From the IMG/VR virus record IMGVR_UViG_3300044608_002890: a stretch of DNA of 64,000 nt; one strand, written 5' to 3'. This DNA comes from a virus. The translations under genes were made by a program, and so were the position numbers. This document shows positions 60,090 to 64,000 of this stretch, in pieces. Position 1 is the first letter of the stretch, and every line of letters starts with the position of its first letter. Under the pieces are notes generated by a model. It was not told the DNA's origin. It did no database searches and worked only from the letters and a program-made list of their open reading frames with translations.

Positions 60090-61007
60090 ATGCAAGCTAC
60101 CAGTTCCATTAAGTTCGATGCTCAAAGTCGACAGTTCTATGCGTTCGTAGGCAGTAAGAAAGTGCGCAGCACCCGCAGAGAATACGTTGAAATGCGCATC
60201 CTGCAGCTGGGTGGCAACATAGCACCCCAGGCTACGACAGCTGCCGTGAGTCAGGCAGCCACAGAGAGCTTTGGCATTACGGAACGCTTTGGCTTCGTAG
60301 AGCAGATGGTGCAGATGGTAAGCAGCCGTACCATGGCAAGTGCCATTGTCAGCGGTCCGGGCGGATTGGGCAAGACCCATACCGTGTTGCAGAGCCTTAG
60401 AAAGGTCGGACTTACAGATGTTACCGACATGGCTGACTTTGAGGTTGGGGCTAGAGTGAACCGCAGTCGTAGCTTCAGAGTCATCAAGGGCTTTAGCACA
60501 GCCAAGGGACTGTTCCGTAGCCTGCAGGAAGGCAATGGCATGACCCTGGTGTTCGATGATTGCGACAGCGTGCTCAAGGATCCCGTAGCGCTCAACCTGC
60601 TCAAGGGAGCCCTGGATAGCTACAGTGACCGTTGGATTTCCTGGAATGCAGATTTGAAGGACGACGATCTGGATCGTACCTTCAAGTTCACGGGATCGAT
60701 CATATTCATTACCAACCGCAGTCTCAACGACATTGACCAGGCCATCCGCACCCGGGCCATGTGCGTGGATCTAACCATGACTGCAGCTCAGAAGCTAGAG
60801 CGCATGACTACGATTGCCGGTAGTGCAGAGTTCATGCCCGAGGCTACGGATGCCGAGAAGACCGAAGCCCTGGAGTTGTTGAAGAGCTTTGTTGACAGCG
60901 TAGAGACCCTGAGCCTCCGCAGCCTGATCCAGGTTGTGAAGATTCGTCAGACCGCTGGTGATAACTGGAAGAACTTTGCCCGTTATGTCCTGACCCAGGG
61001 CGCCTGA
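60090..61007 (+). CDS. AAA+ family P-loop ATPase (early)
   Basis: SGPGGLGKT Walker A, LVFDDCD Walker B, IIFITN. Confidence 0.88.
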   Translation: MQATSSIKFDAQSRQFYAFVGSKKVRSTRREYVEMRILQLGGNIAPQATTAAVSQAATESFGITERFGFVEQMVQMVSSRTMASAIVSGPGGLGKTHTVLQSLRKVGLTDVTDMADFEVGARVNRSRSFRVIKGFSTAKGLFRSLQEGNGMTLVFDDCDSVLKDPVALNLLKGALDSYSDRWISWNADLKDDDLDRTFKFTGSIIFITNRSLNDIDQAIRTRAMCVDLTMTAAQKLERMTTIAGSAEFMPEATDAEKTEALELLKSFVDSVETLSLRSLIQVVKIRQTAGDNWKNFARYVLTQGA

Positions 61008-61015
61008 GCCTAGGC

Positions 61016-61044
61016 TTGACAAAGGTTGGAAACGGTGCTAGAAT
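61016..61044 (+). promoter_or_regulatory. early promoter
   Basis: TTGACA-17bp-TAGAAT with GGTGC. Confidence 0.8.
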
Positions 61045-61072
61045 CAAGGTTATGATGATAAAGGAAATTGCG

Positions 61073-61258
61073 ATGAGAAAAATCATGGGTACAGCAGGTC
61101 TGATTGTGGGTATGCTGGTGTTGATCGGCATCGCTGGTCATGTTACCGAGCTAGGTCCCGAGGCTGGCATCAACGAAGCGCTGAATGTGCTGGCAACCTT
61201 GCTGGTCACGGGCTGTCTGATCAATCTAAGCTGGTTCATGATAGAACACGACGTCTAG
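61073..61258 (+). CDS. small two-TM protein
   Basis: AAGGA RBS; two hydrophobic segments. Confidence 0.65.
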   Translation: MRKIMGTAGLIVGMLVLIGIAGHVTELGPEAGINEALNVLATLLVTGCLINLSWFMIEHDV

Positions 61259-61447
61259 GCTGATATCCAGCAGGTCGGGAGATCTGCTTGGAAAAAAGTG
61301 CTTGTAAATCAATGACTTAGCTACGGGGATTTCTGTGTTTTTCATGAAAATCCTCTGAATCTACGTTTGCTTAGGGGCTAGTGTATCAAGCCCCATGCAG
61401 GAACATTTGAAGCCAAGCAAACACGGGGATCATTATAGATGTTAAAA

Positions 61448-61597
61448 ACCCCTTGATTTGACTCTGGTATAGATTGGTGCTAGTATGTAGTTGTGGTTCG
61501 AATCCGACACGGAGGGGTGGACGGCGGGGGTTCTTCGCAAAAACGCATTCTGTGCAAAGACCCGTTGCTTGACTCTGGTATAGATTGGTGCTAGACT
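61448..61597 (+). promoter_or_regulatory. two tandem early promoter cassettes
   Basis: TTGACTCTGGTATAGATTGGTGCTAG at 61458 and 61569. Confidence 0.8.
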
Positions 61598-61619
61598 GTA
61601 TGTTATGATGACAAAGGAA

Positions 61620-61850
61620 ATGAAAATGATCCGCGATACCGTATATGTTAGCCCATTCTTCGGACACGTTTGCCGCATCCCAGCAGCAGCTGTCAAGACC
61701 TACATGGAGCGTGATGCAGCCCTAACCAAGATGCGTGAGCTGGGTGGAATTCATGCAGCTCCCAGTCCTGCGATGCTGAAGCTTCGTGCTAAGATGCTCC
61801 GCTGCAAGCGCCGGATCGAGCGCGAAGGCTGGTACAGCGTAATCCTCTGA
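61620..61850 (+). CDS. small early protein
   Basis: AAGGA RBS downstream of promoter. Confidence 0.7.
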   Translation: MKMIRDTVYVSPFFGHVCRIPAAAVKTYMERDAALTKMRELGGIHAAPSPAMLKLRAKMLRCKRRIEREGWYSVIL

Positions 61851-61852
61851 AA

Positions 61853-61891
61853 GACCCGTTGCTTGACTCGGGTATAGATTGGTGCTATAAT
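61853..61891 (+). promoter_or_regulatory. early promoter cassette
   Basis: GACCCGTTGCTTGACTCGGGTATAGATTGGTGCTATAAT. Confidence 0.9.
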
Positions 61892-61927
61892 CAAGACATG
61901 TTAAATAAGAAATTGAAGGAAAAGCCG

Positions 61928-62152
61928 ATGTTCGAAAGTCGTTATGGAATGTTCAGTGCCGAAGGTGATGAAGCAGTGTCAAGAGTCATTGACACCGCAA
62001 AGAACTTCAACATGACCTGGGACCGGGTCGTTGATTTCATTGACAGCATTTGCACCATGCGTCCCAATGTACGTGAGATGCGTGACACCGCAGTGCTCGA
62101 AGAAATCTTCGACGCCATTGGCTACGACGAATCCGTTGACTTTTACCAGTGA
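61928..62152 (+). CDS. small early protein
   Basis: YGMFSAEGDEAV...E..DTAVLE. Confidence 0.7.
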   Translation: MFESRYGMFSAEGDEAVSRVIDTAKNFNMTWDRVVDFIDSICTMRPNVREMRDTAVLEEIFDAIGYDESVDFYQ

Positions 62153-62160
62153 GATTGACG

Positions 62161-62370
62161 ATGTCTAGAATGAAAGACCTATACATGGACATCATGGAAG
62201 AGCTTGAGTTAGCTGAGCTGAATTTCCATGAGATTGCAGCCAAGTTTGGTGTGACCCATGAAGATGTCTGCATAGTCTGGGATGAGCTCAGCCTGCAGCA
62301 TGAAGAACTATTGTCAGATCGTCACAGGCCCATAGAGGCTGACGCAAGCTGGTACGATCTCGAATACTAG
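62161..62370 (+). CDS. small acidic early protein
   Basis: MSRMKDLYMDI. Confidence 0.7.
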   Translation: MSRMKDLYMDIMEELELAELNFHEIAAKFGVTHEDVCIVWDELSLQHEELLSDRHRPIEADASWYDLEY

Positions 62371-62385
62371 AATGCAGGAGCAACC

Positions 62386-62613
62386 ATGGGAATGTGGACC
62401 ACAGAACTTCAGGACGAGATGAAGACCGTCGTAGCCGAGCTCAGTAACGCCAGCCAGGCCTGCTACGGAAACCACAGTTATGCTGCGGGTTACCTGGAAA
62501 GCGTTGTCGTAGACCTGCTTCGACACGCACCCAAGCGTCGACAGCGAGCGTTAATCAGCGACCTGTGTCGAGTCTCCCAGGAGCTCAGAGCTCGGGCTCA
62601 GAACCATGTATAA
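62386..62613 (+). CDS. small early protein
   Basis: AGGAG RBS; SYAAGYLES. Confidence 0.75.
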   Translation: MGMWTTELQDEMKTVVAELSNASQACYGNHSYAAGYLESVVVDLLRHAPKRRQRALISDLCRVSQELRARAQNHV

Positions 62614-62746
62614 GGTTCAGCTCATAAACTTTGGTACGACCCGAGAGTTTCAGACCCTGGAAGCTGCTCTGACCTGGGCTCGTTCCACGGGTTTCGAATG
62701 CAGCATCTGGGCCGGATCTGAATACTTGCAGATGGTTAGACCCTAA
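62606..62746 (+). CDS. small early protein (46 aa)
   Basis: MYKVQLINFG...ARSTGFECSIW; not in ORF track. Confidence 0.55.
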   Translation: MYKVQLINFGTTREFQTLEAALTWARSTGFECSIWAGSEYLQMVRP

Positions 62747-62747
62747 A

Positions 62748-62786
62748 GACCCGTTGCTTGACTCGGGTATTCGAAGGTGCTAGAAT
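62748..62786 (+). promoter_or_regulatory. early promoter cassette
   Basis: GACCCGTTGCTTGACTCGGGTATTCGAAGGTGCTAGAAT. Confidence 0.9.
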
Positions 62787-62918
62787 GATTGTTATGGTGA
62801 AGACGAAACCGAACAGACAAATTGCAGAGGGTAGTCCGAAGCAGATGAGTTTCGTTGGATCCAGCCAAGCAATTGGTGCTGGGCAAAGAAATTTTACAGC
62901 GTAATCAGGAGCTCGTCC

Positions 62919-63185
62919 ATGCGTAATCGTCTAGTCGTAGGTCTAAAGAATAGCCAGAAGATCCGAGTCATCGTCAATGGCGTAGCGTTTCACACCACAG
63001 TAGCTGGTGCCCTGGAAGGCATGACGTTCGTGGATCAGCGTCTCGCAGTAAGCCATGTTCTGACCGAGCTGGGCTTGGGGCAGTTCAACCATACCGATCG
63101 ACCCATGGGCATAGCCAAACCCGTCCGAGTCTACAATCACAAGAATGAGCGTGTTACCATAGATGTTCAGGTTGATTTAGTCTAG
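62919..63185 (+). CDS. small early protein
   Basis: LKNSQKIRVIVNGV. Confidence 0.7.
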   Translation: MRNRLVVGLKNSQKIRVIVNGVAFHTTVAGALEGMTFVDQRLAVSHVLTELGLGQFNHTDRPMGIAKPVRVYNHKNERVTIDVQVDLV

Positions 63186-63193
63186 GAGCAGAT

Positions 63194-63379
63194 ATGGACT
63201 TTCTTATTCGAGCGGAAAAGTATGCTGAGGCCCGAGGCCACGATGCCTTTTTCAAATGGATCTATGTGAATCACCGCGAATCCAACGGAGTCACGGATAG
63301 TGTGTGGAAATCATTAAGTTATCTTTATGGTGATGACGTGGCTCATGGGCTAGAATTCCCTGAATACCCCGTTGCTTGA
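63194..63379 (+). CDS. small early protein
   Basis: AGGAG RBS; stop codon lies inside the next promoter's -35 box. Confidence 0.7.
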   Translation: MDFLIRAEKYAEARGHDAFFKWIYVNHRESNGVTDSVWKSLSYLYGDDVAHGLEFPEYPVA

Positions 63380-63404
63380 CTCGGGTATTCGAAGGTGCTA
63401 GAAT
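63366..63404 (+). promoter_or_regulatory. early promoter cassette
   Basis: CCCGTTGCTTGACTCGGGTATTCGAAGGTGCTAGAAT. Confidence 0.9.
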
Positions 63405-63410
63405 ACATGT

Positions 63411-63611
63411 ATGATGAATAAGGAATCCAAGATGACCATAGACCCGGATGTTCGTAGTTACGCCCTAGACCTGGTTGCCCAGGGTGTCGTAGACACAGAA
63501 GTGTTGCTCAGAGCCTGTTTGGGCTACATGAAAGCCGATGATGTAGCTCACATGCTGGACCTCAACGAACTCAGCCCCCGTTTCATGTCAGAGGCTATCG
63601 AAAATGTCTGA
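63411..63611 (+). CDS. small early protein
   Basis: LRACLGYMKADDVAHMLDLNEL. Confidence 0.7.
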   Translation: MMNKESKMTIDPDVRSYALDLVAQGVVDTEVLLRACLGYMKADDVAHMLDLNELSPRFMSEAIENV

Positions 63612-63789
63612 CCAGATCATTACTAGAGTCATTAAGTATTTCACTGATGCTGGCGAAGCAGGCTTCGATCGTGAAGCCAGTCCTGGCAACGGAAGCTATT
63701 ACGTAGCCCTCTATGATGGAAGCTACGATGCTACAGGCTTCGACACTCTGGCCGAGGCCATTGAGGAACTTCGATACGCTACAGAATGA
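63604..63789 (+). CDS. small early protein
   Basis: 61-aa ORF coupled to the previous one. Confidence 0.6.
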   Translation: MSDQIITRVIKYFTDAGEAGFDREASPGNGSYYVALYDGSYDATGFDTLAEAIEELRYATE

Positions 63790-63826
63790 CCCGTTGCTTG
63801 ACTCGGGTATTCCCTGGTGCTAGAAT
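63788..63826 (+). promoter_or_regulatory. early promoter cassette
   Basis: GACCCGTTGCTTGACTCGGGTATTCCCTGGTGCTAGAAT. Confidence 0.9.
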
Positions 63827-63856
63827 AGTGGTATGGTAAACAACAAGGAGCAAGCG

Positions 63857-64000
63857 ATGAACGAACGAATTAGACAACTTGCTGAACAAGCGGGTATTCC
63901 TGCCATCGACGGTGTATGGGACTACAATGACAGAAATCTTTTAGTAAAAGATGGCGGTGAATGGCGGACGGCTGTGCCATCTGAAATCATCGGCACCATG
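63857..64000 (+). CDS. partial early protein (MNERIRQLAEQAG...)
   Basis: AAGGAG RBS; runs off the window. Confidence 0.7.
   Translation, partial: MNERIRQLAEQAGIPAIDGVWDYNDRNLLVKDGGEWRTAVPSEIIGTM

Noticed and set aside
61487-61558. tRNA remnant (GGTTCGAATCC) between duplicated promoters
   Set aside because: No acceptor or anticodon arm can be built
62835-62905. Hammerhead ribozyme (CAGATGAG...GAAA)
   Set aside because: Core is CAGATGA, not CTGATGA, and helices I/III are not evident

Overview
A 64-kb segment of a large T4-like (Tevenvirinae/Kyanoviridae-style) myovirus genome. The host is probably a freshwater betaproteobacterium; this is inferred from host-like pstS, rpoZ and HNH genes. Left to right: (1) sugar epimerase, pstS and small genes; (2) a 27-gene tRNA cluster covering all 20 amino acids, with several non-canonical tRNAs, a GGQ peptidyl-tRNA hydrolase, a 2OG-Fe(II) oxygenase, a BPL_N protein and an HNH gene. 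The cluster also holds five RNA elements that share a conserved 18-21 bp closing stem around unrelated cargo; (3) a mostly minus-strand, late-promoter cassette of secreted or membrane proteins (DUF4337, lipoprotein, beta-barrel-like, Asn/Thr repeat protein) around a class III nucleotidyl cyclase; (4) T4-type replication genes (43, uvsX, 40, 41); (5) early genes, a phage rpoZ and a degenerate dienelactone hydrolase; (6) a late cluster of putative internal head proteins with capsid-targeting-like N-termini, a modular GVAE-repeat polyprotein, Dps and an S8 protease; (7) primase, thyX, MazG-like, spanin-like, nrdA/trx/nrdB, a split GIY-YIG gene and dCMP deaminase; (8) an early region of small genes, many preceded by a near-identical ~39-bp promoter. 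All family assignments are from motif recognition by eye; no searches were run.
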